A stretch of 64,000 bases of DNA, taken from Prorocentrum cordatum. Lineage: Eukaryota. Under the pieces are notes generated by a model that was not told where the DNA came from, did no database searches, and saw only the letters and a program-made list of their open reading frames with translations. The translations under genes were made by a program, and so were the position numbers. Within the stretch, counting starts at the first letter, position 1, and every line of letters starts with the position of its first letter. Of this stretch, positions 47,978 through 59,621 are shown in pieces. Location of the stretch: contig CAUYUJ010000001.1 in the NCBI GenBank assembly GCA_963575745.1, positions 744,001 through 808,000 of the forward strand, in the 5' to 3' direction.

Positions 47978-50900
47978 TCCTCCTCCTCCCCTTCTCCTCC
48001 TTCCCCTCCTTCTCCTCCTCCTCCCCCCTCCTCCTCCTCCTCCTCCTCCTGCTCCTCCTTCTCCCTCCTCTCTCCTCCCTCCTCCTCCTCCTCCTCCTCC
48101 TCCTCCTCCTCCTCATCCTCCTCCTCCTCCTCCTCCTCCTCCTCCTCCTTCTCCTCCCCCTCCCCCCTCTCCTACCTATGGTGTTGGTGGTGGTGGTGGG
48201 AAATCGGCCCATGGTTCCTTGCGCCCGACCCGGCTCTCTTCCCACCCCTCGTTTCCTGCCTTCCGTTCCCCTCCTGAAGTCGCTCGCCGCCCTGGCTGCG
48301 GACGTGGCGCTGTGGCGGTCGGCGCGCGCAGAGGCGGGCCTCCCACCCCAAAGCTCCTCGCTCGCTTGCTCCGGTTCCTCCTCGTCGCTCTTCTCTTTGT
48401 CATCCTGCCTCCCCCTCCTCGTCTTCAGTCCCCCCTTCGCCTTGTGCTCCTCCTGCGTCCTCCTCCATGCCTTCGCTGTCCTCCCGCCCATGCCCACCTC
48501 CTGCGATCTTGCCCTCCCATCCGTTTCCGTCCTCCTCCTCCATGTCCTCGTGATCCCCCTCATGTAGTTTTCGCCCGCACGCTGCGCGTCCTCATCTCCT
48601 TCTCCGTCGCATCATTATGTTCCCTCGCCTTTCTTCTCTTCTTACGACCTTCTGACGTTAGAGTTCCTCTTTCGTTGTCCCTCCTTGTTCCTCCTGATGT
48701 TTCCTTCTTGCTTCTCTTTCAGTTTCCCTCCGTCCTCCTGTTTCTCTAATCATTTTCCCTTTTCACCAATCTTCCTGATTATCGACTTCTCATTTTCCCT
48801 CCGAACGTCTCTCCGCCTTTCTTCCCTTTTACCGCCGCGTCGACGTCGTCCCCGTCCCTCCTCCTCCTCCTCCTCCTCCTCCTCCTCCTCCTTCTCCTTC
48901 TCCTCCTCTTCCAGCGACGACGACGAGAAAGAGGAGAACGAGGGGAAGGTTACGTAAGAGACAGCAGGACACGTGTGAGTGGGACAGAAATAGGAGGAGG
49001 AGGAGGAGGAGGAGGAGGAGGAGGAGGAGGAGGAGGAGGAGGACGGAGAGACGCCGGCTTGCAGTCCTGCTCATAGACACCCTGTGTCTCCGACGCGCCA
49101 TCGTAGGTTGCAAGCACATGTTTGCAAGACGCACAGGAGTGATGCGCGCAGTAAGGGATGCCCACCCTGTGTGGAGGTGCGCACGGGACTGGAATTCCAA
49201 GAACAAGTCGGGCGCAGCCGACCGCTGTGCAGCAAGTCGCAGGCGGTGCGGGGACACTGAGACAGGCAAAAACACCAGAAGGCCAGACCCGGGAGGGAGA
49301 GGGGCGGAGGGAAGAGGGCCAGCGGCAGGCCACAGGGCGCCGCGTAAGGACCCGGTAGGCCGGGAATCAGACAGAGGTGTAGAGAGCAGAGTGCAGCTGG
49401 AGAGGGGATTTAAGCTAACGCCAGAGGGCAAGCGGACCAGAAAGACGGGTGGTTGGGGGATCTGGCGGCACCTCCCACCGCACAGAGTGCATCTGCTGCG
49501 GCTGCTCCGAAGAAATTGGTGCAGCAGTGCTCGGCGCTGTTACAGCGTGCGAGAACAGACGAGTGCCAACTGGCTCGATTGACAGCCAACGAGTAGCGAT
49601 GGGATGGAAGACAGCGGACAAACGCCAGCAGTGGCAACCCAGGCATGTGCCCGAGACCTTGATATAGCACCCCGCAGAGGCGGATAAGAGTGAGGGGGCG
49701 GTGGGGACGTCAGCAGTCTGCGAGACTCTGGAGAAGCCCACCGCAGGCGCCAATGTTTCACAAATTATACAACGAGCCCGCCGCAGGCGCCGATTGTTTC
49801 GTTAAACCAATGCGGGTAGGTCGCGGGTGGGTCTCAAGTTGGTCGCGGGTGGGTTGCAAATTGGTCGCGGGTGGGTCGCGGGTGGGTCGCGGGGTGGGTC
49901 GCGGGTGGCTCGCAAGTGGGTCGCGGGTGGGTCGCGGGTGGGTCGCGGATGGGTCGCGGGGTGGGTCGCGGGTGGGTCGCGGGGTGGGTCGCGGGTGCGT
50001 CGCGGGGTGGGTCGCGGGTGGGTCGCGGGGTAGGTCGTGGGTGGGTGCAGGGTGGGTCGCGGGTGGGGTCGCGGAATGGGTCGCGGGGTGGGTCGCGGGG
50101 TGGTTCGCGGGGTGGGTTGCGGGTGCGTCGCGGGTGGGACGACGACAACAAACAAACAACGCAACAAGCAGAATCCTTACCACGGATCCCCACTTCAGCC
50201 ACGCACCCAGGGACAATGAATGACCGTTCGGCCCGCGGATGGGACGACGACAGCAAACAAACAACGCAACAAGCAGAATCCTCACCACTGATCCCCACTT
50301 CAGCCACGCGCCCAGGGACAATGAATGACTGTTCGGCCCCTCTACTCTGACCAAGCCCAGTAGCCGATTGCCGTAGATAGCACGCTGGGGAGTGCTATGG
50401 ATGGAAGTGGGCTCGTAGCGCCATAGCTCAGAGAGGGACCATGGTAGTGTAGGACGTCGCCGCGCCGACGAAGATGGGGTGCCATCGCCTGTGCGCGAGA
50501 AGCACAAACGTCCGATCGCGACCGATTTCCCGTATACACGCGCCACGCAGCACGCGCCATTTCTTCTGCCGCGGCGCTGGAGCAACTGCCGGTGATATGC
50601 ACGAGACTGGGACGCGGGCGCACACACCGCACAAAGACCGCAAAGGGTAGTTGCGACGCGTGCGCTCGTGCCGTGAGCAGTGTGCTTCCGGGCGAGTTGC
50701 AGACTCGGGCGAGCAGTGCCGGAGAAGCGGCACGCCGGAGACGACGAGGCCAGGCGGCCGCAGGTCGGCACGAGGGAAGGGGAGCCTTGCAGGCAGGGGT
50801 CCTGGATTCCGGGGCGCTCCCCGGGATCGGGCCGAGCGAAAGGGGGAGGTGGGGAGGGTGGGGGGGCTACGAAACCTGCTGCATCATGCAGCTGGTTTCG

Positions 50901-51125
50901 GCCCCGCCGCCGGGCCCATTCCTCGATGCATGGGCGCCTCTCGGCGCCAGGAGGGGCCAGGAAAACCAGCTACGTGAGCTAGGCAAGCCTTGTGCTGGCA
51001 AGTTGTATAGTCACGAGCCTCGAGATCTCTCGAGTCAGCCTTGTGCTGGCAAGTTGTATAGCCACGAGCCTCGAGATCTCTCGAGTCAGCCTTGTGCCGA
51101 CCGCCCAGGATCACCATCATCATTC

Positions 51126-51161
<36 letters not shown>

Positions 51162-54100
51162 GCATCATCATCATCGTAATCGTCATCATCATCATCATCA
51201 TCATCATCATCAGCAGCATCATCATCATCATCATCATTATCATCATCCTCATCATCATTATCCTCATCCCCGGGAACATGTTTTATTATCCCCGCCAGAA
51301 CGCCGAACTTCATTATCCCCGGGGTACTATTATCGCCCGTGCTCGGTTATTGCTACGCTTCCCGCGCTTTCCCCCTTTTGGGCCTCCTGGGAGGCCCTCG
51401 TCGCCGCCGCTGGATTCGCTTTGAAGTCCAGGTCAGAACGCACCCCGGGAGAGGTCCAGGGCGTAGCGGTATTGGTACCCTGTGCTGTCCCCCCAAATAC
51501 AAGTCCCTGGAGCTCTGGACCGCTTCCCGGGGGTCCTTTCTTTTTGTCCTGGATCGGTTTTTGACGGCCCCGAGGCTCCTCGAGGGCCCGCAGGCGCCGA
51601 CCACGACGAAAGACCTCCGCCCTGATCTTTTCAATGCGTTGGAGATCTCGGTTTACTGTCGGACCCAGGTATCAGATCGAGGTCAGCTCGGGGAGGGTAC
51701 CCTAATGTTATTCGTGCTTGTTGGATGTTCCTGCGCATCCTGTCGGAGGGCACCCTCGAATGTTCTTCAGTTTAGGCCGGCGGAGGGTCTCATGTCTTTG
51801 CAGGATGTTTTCCTGTCCCAGGTCTGACTGTGTGCCAGGCTTGAGAAACAGGCTGCGGGAGGCAGGCGGAGGCCGTGCGCAGAGGAGGCTCGGCGGGCGA
51901 GCGCAGCAGGCGAGCAGCGACCATCTAGGCCTCCCAGACTGGGTCCAAGCAGTTGTGGTCGGAGGATTGCGCCGCGTCGTCGATGCGTCAACCGTGCGGC
52001 TTGATGTGGGGCCAGATCTGCTCCACGCGGGCGGGGCCGATGCACCGCCGACGTCACCGATGCATCGGCGATGTGTCGTCGATGTGTCGACGATGCGGCG
52101 CGACCCTCCGACACTCTCGGGAGAGGGGTGGGCCAGCGCTCTGCTTGGCAAACAGATCGATCTCGACTTCAGCTGCAGTTGCTTGGAGGTTGTCATGCTA
52201 CCTTGCTTTCGTTGAGGCCGTGTGCAGGGGAGGCTCGGCGAGAGAGCGCAGCGGGAGAACGCAGCGGGCGAGCAGCCACTGGCGCCGGGCCAGGTGGTGG
52301 CGGCCGCCTCCGCCCTGCCACCGCGCGGCGCGCTGCCGGGCGCGGGCGCGGCGACGTGGGGCGCCGCCGCCGCGGTCGTCGTCGGCGTGTCGTCGTTGCA
52401 GCCATCGTCGGGGTCGTCGCCGTTGTTCGTCGTCGCTCGTCGGCGCCCATCGTCGACCCTCGTCCTTCCACGCTCGTCGTCGTCCACGTTCGTCGCCCAC
52501 GCTCGTCGTTGACGTTCCGTGTCGTGTGTCGTCGTTGTCGTCGTCGAGGTTCCACGTTCGACGTCGATCGCAGTCGTCGGCGTCGAAGATGCTCCCCAGC
52601 GTCCATATGTCATTGTCGTCCTCGTCGTCGCCGCCGTCGTCGACGTCCCCCGCTTGCCCTTCAGGGATAAAGGCTACCGCTTTCCCTTGGCGGGTACGGG
52701 AGAGCAGAGCGAGGAGGACGACGAGGGGGACGGACGTGCGGCCATGAATTTTGGCGTAGCGTGTCGCTCCGCCGGTTCTGGCACACCACGCTTCGGCGCG
52801 ACAAGCTATCCACATCGCGGTCCCCAGGCATCAAACTTCCGAGCTTTCCCGAACCTCTTGCCTCGCGGAGCGGAGCGACACACTATCCGCCCGCAGGGCA
52901 TAGCGTGTCGCCAGAGCCGCCGCTGCGACACAAGTTCCCGACAGTTCGAGTTCAAGGGGGCGAAAGAGTTGCAGGAGGAGTAGAGGGACGAATGTGTGGA
53001 GGAGCGCCCCTCGTGAAGACAATTATCCTGGCGAGGGACCCAACCATACGCAGTTGTGAGTACCGCGTTGTGGGTACCGCTTTCGGTGGAACTCCCTATG
53101 GGGCCACGAACCGTGTGAGGGGTGTGCCGAAATTGTGCGGCGGTGCCATGCGGACCTTGGTGGGGCCTTCGGTGGGGCTCCCTATGGGGCCACGAACCGG
53201 GTGAGGGGTGTGCCAAAATGGGGCGGCGGTGCCATGCAGACCCTGCCACGATGGCCTTCGGTGGAGATCTCTGTGAGGCCACGAGCCGTGTGAAGGTTGC
53301 CGAAAGTAGGTGGCGGTGCCATGCGGACCCTGCTACTGTGGCCTTCGGTGGAGCTTCCTCTGGGGCCACGAACCGTGTGAGGGGTGTGCCGTAATGGGGC
53401 GGCGGTGCCATGCGGACCCTGCCACGATGGCCTTCGGTGCATCTCCCCTATGGTGCCACGTACTGTGCGAGGGGTGTGCCGAGATGGGGCGGCGGTGCCA
53501 TGCGGAACCTGCCACTGTGGCCTTCGGTGGAGCTTCCTCTGGGTCCACGAACCGTGTGAGGGGTGTGCCGTAATGGGGCGGCGGTGCCATGCGGACCCTG
53601 CCACTGTGGCCTTCGGTGCATCTCCCCTATGGGGCCACGTACTGTGCGAGGGGTGTGCCGAGATGGGGCGGCGGTGCCATGCGGAACCTGCCACTGTGGC
53701 CTTCGGTGGAGCTTCCTCTGGGGCCACGAACCGTGTGAGGGGTGTGCCGAAATGGGGCGGCGGTGCCATGCGGACCCTGCCACTGGGGCCTTCGGTGGAG
53801 CTCCCTGTGAGGCCACCAACCGTGTGAAGGTTTGCCGAAATTGGGTGGCGGTGCCATGCGGACCTTGCCACTTGGGCCTTCTGTAGAGCTCCCTATGGGG
53901 CCACGAACCGTCTAAGGGATGTACCAAAATGGGGCGGCGGTGCCATGCGGACCTTGCCACGGGGGCCTTCTGTGGAGCTCCCTATGGGGCCACGAACCGT
54001 CTAAGGGGTGTGCCAAAGTGGGGCGGCGGCGCCATGCGGATCTTGCCACTGTGGCCTTCGGTGGAGCTTCCCCTGGGGCCACGAACCGGGTGAGCGGTGT

Positions 54101-57100
54101 GCTGAAATGGGGCGGCGGTGCCATGCGGACTCTTCCACTGGGGCCTTCGGTGGAGCTCCCTATGGGGCTGCGAACCGTGTGAAGGATGTACCGACATGGG
54201 GATGATGATGACGATGACGATGATGACGACGATGACGATAACTATGATGATGACGTTGATGACGACGATGATGATGATGGTGATGATGATGGGATGAGGG
54301 ATGGGAGGAGGGAGGAGGGGGAGAAACGAGGCGCGAGGAGAACGCAGGGCGCCGTCTCTTCAACACGAGGACCCAACACCACAGGATGGTTGGGAACAAA
54401 GAACTGCTGTCCAGGTGGGCGTGGTTGCCCACACCCTTTTGGGCTTGTCCAACGGGTTGTCCGGCATGTGCGGCTGTAGCGAGAGTGATTACGCGCGCTA
54501 CGTTCTAGATCTCGCGTGTGGTGGGCTCGTGAAGAGATGTCTTCTCTGCGTTCTGAATATATGGCTATGGTGAGAGCGGCATTGGTACTTGTTCAAGACG
54601 CTTCGCGTTCACCGTCCGCCCATTCCAGTTCTCGCCGGAAGAGACGCGGACGGCGCCAAGATTGGGCGACCATATTCCGAAAGTAGTGAAAGACTCCCCA
54701 GCATGTGAGTTGTGCTTTTTCCTGCGCTCGATGTCTCATCCATCCCATCGCAGCTGGGCTTGGGTGTGCCGTGCGGCTGGTCGACGTTGAATTCGTCGAC
54801 TAATCGTGGGTCGGTCATCATTACCAACGGATCAATGGTATGGACGCTGGTTCTCTGGAACCCGCATTTCTTATCCACAGCAGGAGGCCAGAAATTGCCA
54901 GAACACTGCCCGAGAACAGCCGACGACCCCAAAGGCGCCCACGAGGGCCGACGGGGACCCAGAGAAGGGCCCGAAAGAGAGCCAAGAAGAGAACGAGGCG
55001 GCCAAGGGGAGCCTCTGGGCTGCCCCCCACGCGAGAGCACCTCTGCGTTGGGCAGCAACCCCGTCCGAATGCCGTCAAACACGGGGCCAGATCGGGGTTG
55101 AGTTTGGCTTCGTTTCGGTGCCCAAGTTGGGCCCAGCATCGTCCAAAATTGATCCCAGAGCGCGGCGCCAAAAAACGCAGACACAAGTCGCATTTTGAAA
55201 AATACCCCAGAGAGCCCAACAGTTAGCTTTCATTGGCCTGAGAAGCGTTCTTGAGGGCTCAAGAAGCTAATTCTGGAGGCCGGCAAGGGGCCCCAAAGGG
55301 GCGGAAATGGAGCCAAATTCTCCCCAGAGAGCGCATTGGGAATGGTTGGAAAGTCGAGCTCGTCTTGGACGCCGTCTGGAAGGCGCCGTCTGGGGCATTG
55401 AAGCAGTCGGGCGGCGGAATGGCGGAGGCTTCTGGGGATGGGGAAGGGGGGGCCTCAAGCCCTGTAAGGAGCTCTCACACTTAATTGTAGCACGCTCCTC
55501 ATCCCAGTGGACGGGCGGATTCAACAGGGACCCGCAAGAGAGGGATGAAGTTCACGGGTGGGCCTTTTGGGGGCATTTTGGGGACCCTCTCGGGGCCTCT
55601 TTTTGGGCCTCTTGGGGGTCTCTTGGGCGTTTCTTGTGCGTCTGCTGGCGGTCTCGGGGGTCCTCTTGGGGCGGAGGGCTCGGAATGTCAGTTCGAGTTT
55701 TAGTTCGAGTTGCTTCTCTTGGGCCCCTCTTGGGGTCTTGGGGCCCTCTTCGGCCGTTTTGGGGCCCTCTTGGGGGCTTCTTGTACCGTCTTGGAGCGAT
55801 TTGGGGGGCCTCTTTTGAACGCTGTTAAGACAACGCGAGCATGCTCAAACTTACGTTTTGCCCCCGGGGTTTAGACGATTCTTGCTTCTTGGGGCCCTCT
55901 CGGGGGTCGTCTTGCAGCCCTCTTGGAACGTGTTTGAAGCCTCTGGGGCAGTCTTGAGGCCATCTTGTTTGTCTTTGAAGACTCCTCAGCGTGTTGGCGC
56001 CCGGCTTGAGCCAGCGTAGATGGCATCTCGGGCATCCTGGAGGCCACGGAGCGTAGATTTGGAGGCTCTGGAGGCCCTGGCGGTGTGTCGGCGAGCTCGT
56101 CCCCCCCCCCGGGCTTCCCCAGGCCCCCCCCCGAGCGACGCCCTTCTAATCGGATTTCAGACCCCAGGGGCGGTGTAGGTACTACCTATCCTCCCCCATT
56201 CCTCCATGCGATCCCCCAGTCCATGGCGCTGCACGCACACAGCATAGAAACTGATTCGAGACTCTGTATGTCCTCTGTCTCTTTTTCTGTATCTGTATCT
56301 GTTTCTCTCTCTCTCTCTCTCACTCTTTCTCTCTTTCCTCTTGCCTGTTCCCCACTCCTGGACGTATTCATTGTTCTGCAGCTGCTCATCCACGACAACC
56401 GGTCGGGGTGTTGACCCTGGCGCTGCGAACGACCATCGCACCGCGGCGTTTCACCCGGGAGGTAGCAATCCCTTGCGGGGTCGCTTGCCGCAATAATGAG
56501 CTCCTCCCTGCAGTCCCTCTCGGTCTTCTCCCATGGGGGCAGGGCGCTGGCAGGTGGCGCGACGGCAGCGCCACGACGTGGGCGATCGCGCGGGCGGCCG
56601 CGCACAGGCTCGAGGGGGCGCTGGCCGCGGCGGCCGCGGAGGCCTCCCGCCCAGAGGGCAGGGCGGGGGGGGAGGGTCGGGGGCCACGCCAAGGGGGGAT
56701 ATCTGCTTGTCGACACGCGGTCGGACGTGTTCGTCGTCGCCGCGGAGGCCCCTCGCCCAACGGGAAGGGCGCGGGGGGGAGGGTCGGGGGCCACGCCACG
56801 GGGGGCATCTGCTTTTCGGAACGCGGTCGGACGAGTTCGTCGTCCCTCGCTGGCCTGCCAGCCTCGGGGCGCCTTCCAGCGGCTGCGCCTCGCCGAAGGC
56901 TTCTGCTGTGGGTGTCCGAATCGCCCCGAAAGGCCGCCGGAGAGGGACGGGGATGGGCCCCAGGGGGGGGGGGATGGGCACAGACGCGAGTCAGCGCTGG
57001 TTCCCCAGACAACATGGGAAATTATGGGACGCGGAGGGGAAGACGAGAGTCCACAGCATAAATTAGAATAAGATTGGGAATCCTGGACGTCGTGTCCATT

Positions 57101-57310
57101 TGGTTGTCCCTCCCTGGGCGCCTTGAGAGGCGCATCGACCCCTGGTCGCCCAGTGATCGCGGAGAGGGGCCCGGTGGCCAGCCCCGCCCAGAAGCGTGCG
57201 GGCTCGGCGTCGGGGTCGTGTGTCGCCGATCTCTCGGCGACGCGCGGCTGGTTCCGGATCCCCGACGTCTCGGGCGGGTGGGAAGGGGTGACCTGCATTC
57301 GGCGGCGAGC
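22334..57310 (+). CDS. Host multi-exon gene, Ala/Leu-rich (possibly ARM/HEAT-like), unknown function; extent uncertain
   Basis: GC-rich coding-like exons at ~22334-22552, ~23051-23155, ~28028-28140, ~30394-30541, ~32280-32470, 34098-34217, 34452-36410, 36584-36805, ~40390-40650, ~48280-48335, ~52220-52370, ~56545-56642 and ~57130-57310. That all belong to one gene is inferred. Confidence 0.4.
23428..24505. mobile_element. Foldback-like element with modular inverted ends and central minisatellite
   Basis: Three copies of GGGTCACTACCGGTTCGAACCCC at left and two inverted copies at right. Outer IR GAGCGTGTTCTACCGCTGCT / AGCGGCGGTGGATCACGCTC. Core (GGGACAGTGGT)n. Confidence 0.75.
26870..27530. 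repeat. ~100-104-bp degenerate tandem repeat, ~6 copies
   Basis: Units GGGCTCC..GGAGGTCCAGCGCAGTGGGGACATGCGCAGGCCCAG...; fragments also at ~26280-26370 and ~27850-27990. Confidence 0.8.
29400..30330 (-). mobile_element. 5'-truncated, frameshifted LINE ORF2 fragment
   Basis: LVPCHKWLGLQW (RT domain 7 YKYLG-like), then thumb-like RLFETQIEASFRFG, then C-terminal ARMRC...QCISCDVRIRNPAFH zinc knuckle. Confidence 0.65.
34452..36410 (+). CDS. Large exon (653 codons) of host gene
   Basis: CAG|GCG acceptor, GAG|GT donor, open frame, helical Ala/Leu-rich translation; joins in phase to exons 34098-34217 and 36584-36805. Confidence 0.75.
37401..37618. mobile_element. PIF/Harbinger-like (Tourist-type) MITE
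   Basis: TIR GGGGCAACGATA/TATCGTTGCCCC, 3-bp TCA duplication on both sides, internal palindrome CATCGCCGATCTATCGGCGATG. Confidence 0.75.
38386..40032 (-). mobile_element. Composite non-autonomous element (head + ~89-bp satellite + (GAT)n + hairpin tail), copy 1
   Basis: Reverse complement shares head, array unit and tail with 53021-54396; ~1-kb (CAT)n tract at 38440-39420. Confidence 0.75.
40886..41097. mobile_element. Second copy of the GGGGCAACGAT-TIR MITE, inverted
   Basis: Same TIRs and internal sequence as 37401-37618 in the opposite orientation; partial third copy at ~38125-38300. Confidence 0.7.
45702..47090 (+). pseudogene. Intronless SL-bearing retrocopy encoding an acidic repeat protein, frameshifted
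   Basis: AGCCGTTTTGGCT (SL-like) at 45702. Four repeats of EVNGTIEADSERVQATVEDMLEPVS. ORFs 45709..46353 and 46422..47090 are joined by a frameshift near 46335-46340. Confidence 0.6.
47430..48170. repeat. (CTC)n microsatellite
   Basis: Directly visible. Confidence 0.97.
49815..50140. repeat. (GGGTCGCGGGT)n minisatellite
   Basis: 11-12-bp G-rich units, followed by a ~110-bp direct duplication at 50135-50340. Confidence 0.9.
53021..54396 (+). mobile_element. Composite non-autonomous element, copy 2
   Basis: Head CCTGGCGAGGGACCCAACCATACGCAGTTGTGAGTA, ~12 x ~89-bp units, (GAT)n, tail GGACCCAACACCACAGGATGGTTGGGAA. Confidence 0.8.
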
Positions 57311-58339
57311 GAGGGGGGGAAGTGAGGAGGAGAAGGCCCTCTCGGAAGGCGGCGGGGCTTCTCAGGAGCCCTCGCGTCTTCGGAGAAATGTTCTGCGTCT
57401 TCAGGGAAGGCTTGGAAAACCTCGCAGAAGACTTGGGAACTTCCGAGCCTTCTGATAAGGCCCGCCCGTTCTTACTTCCCCCTGGGCTCGCCTGCGATAA
57501 ATGGGGGGGTGAAGAAAACAGCCCTCAAGGGGCCCTTGTCCTCACCCCCCATGTGGGTCACCCGCCATTGCCACCCGCCCGAACGTCGTGATTATGTCGT
57601 GGCGTGGACCCCCAGGGGTCTGGACCCCTTCCCGGGGACCGACTTCTCATTTGAGCCGTGCTTTTGAACGGCCCCGATGCACGGTCAGGGCCCCGGGAGG
57701 CCGAAAACTGAAACACAGAAACCTCACGCCGCGAATATTTTACTTCGCGAGGGGGTCCGGGTCTTCCTTCTCCCCCTCGGCGATGCAACGCGGATTCCAG
57801 GTCGAGGTCCGCCCGGTCCCCTTCGAACGTTCCCCTTTCGCGGGGGGGAGCAGGGGGCGCGGGGCGCGGGTGACGGAGGCCCGAGACTCTGGGCGAGCAT
57901 CTAGTCAAAGCGCGTCGGAAGGATGAGCAACTTTCCAGGGTCACCCTTGCATCCTTGCCACTGCGGCCCATCCCTGGCCACTTTCGCTGGCCACGCCCCG
58001 CTCGAAAAGTGCCGGCATGGCCTTCCAAGCCCTTGGCATCCTCATCGTGGATTCTCATTGTACGCGTTCAGCTTGCGGTGTCCCCGTTTATTGGGACCTG
58101 GCCGTAGTTGTGGAGGTGCGCAGCTCATCTACCCCGCGCTCGCCTCCAGCCCATCGCCCCGCTTTCATGTAGCCCCCCGTGCCGCGCGGATTGGGACGCC
58201 GAAGTCGCGGCGGGCATTGTACTTTGTGTAACGACGCGACAAGATGTCCGATCCCAGGCCCCGTCGCGTCATGAACAGCAAGCACATCATTGCGGGGGGC
58301 TTTCGACAGTATTCGGCCTCCCAAGGGATATTACATATA

Positions 58340-58473
58340 CAAGTTTGTATGTATGTGTGTATGCATGCATGTATGTATGTATGTATGTATGTATGTATGT
58401 ATGTAGGTATGTCTGTCTGTATGTATGTATGTATGTATGTATATACGTATGTGTGCATGTCTGCATGTGTGTA

Positions 58474-58520
<47 letters not shown>

Positions 58521-58652
58521 ATGTATGTATGTATGTATGTATGTATGCATGTATGTGTGTATGTGTGTATGTGTGTGTGTGTATGTGTGTATGTGTGTAT
58601 GTATGTGTATGTATGTGTATGTATGTGTATGTGTCTGTATGTATGTGTATAT
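58340..58652. repeat. Compound (TATG)n/(TCTG)n/(TG)n microsatellite
   Basis: Directly visible. Confidence 0.95.
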
Positions 58653-58654
58653 AT

Positions 58655-59621
58655 TCATCTTCCTATATTTTTACAAGCCCGGGCGGGGGGAAAACCCGTC
58701 CCCCCCCCCCCCAAAAAAAAAAAAAACGGATTCCTGGGATCTGGGGCTTTGGGAACCTCCAGACGGGCCTCGAAGCGGCCCCCGGGCCTCGCAGGGCGTT
58801 TTGCCAAGCCTTCCCAGCACACCTAGGGCGATCAGGGGGGTCATTGGAGACGTCCCAGAGACCCCCAAGACAGCACAAGAGCGCTCCAAGAGTGGCCGAC
58901 GTGGCCTCAAGATGGCGCAAGAGGCCTCCAGGACGGCCCCAAAGAGGCCTCCAGGAGCACTCCCAAGAAGGCCCCCCGTGGCAAAAACCATTGATTTTCT
59001 ATTGGTTTTTGGTGAAGTCTGCGGTTATCCTCTATTCGGCTTCCCGACGCTCCAAGACTGCGGTCTTCTGGGCGTTCGAAGCCGCCTGGGGGGCTCCCAA
59101 ATCGCCCCACAACCATCCGAAAGGGCTTCCAGGCAGTCCAAGAGAGCCCCCAAACGGCACAACACGGGTCCAAGATGGCCCTCAGAGAGCCCCATGGCGG
59201 CCCAAAGTGGCCCAAAGACACCCTCCGAAGCATTCCGAATCGTGACCCGGTCGTTCAGGGAGACCGCGGTTGGAGGCAGGGTGGCCCGAGGAAGCCCCCG
59301 GAGGCCCCCAGAATACGCCCAGGAGGCCTCCATCAGGCCGTAAGAAAGCCTGAAACAATTGTTATGAGGCCCCCAGAGGCTCTCCAAGGATGAGCCTCCG
59401 CAAAAAAGAGCTGAAAGGATGGGGAGTGTGCGCAGGGTATGGCGAAAATAAGGAAACAGAAGCATGGAGAAAGGATAACGAAAAACATTATTATAGCGGC
59501 GATGCCGGAAAAGGCAACAAGGAGTTATCGCTAAGTTGTCGGCTTGACTTTCCTGCTATTTCGCCGGCATACCAAACTTCAAGGACCAAGGTGCATGGCG
59601 CGAAGCGCCACTGCAGTCTTG
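58655..59621 (+). mobile_element. Helitron-like non-autonomous element
   Basis: Starts with TCATCTTCCTATATTTTTA. Ends with hairpin TGGCGC-GAA-GCGCCA followed by CTTG|T. Flanked by TA-rich microsatellite on both sides. Confidence 0.4.

Noticed and set aside
49100..49670. Decayed LINE 3' end (GWKTADKRQQW)
   Set aside because: Only one weak motif; not enough to call.
53080..54195. CRISPR or guide array in the 89-bp repeats
   Set aside because: Whole units are homologous, with no unique spacers.
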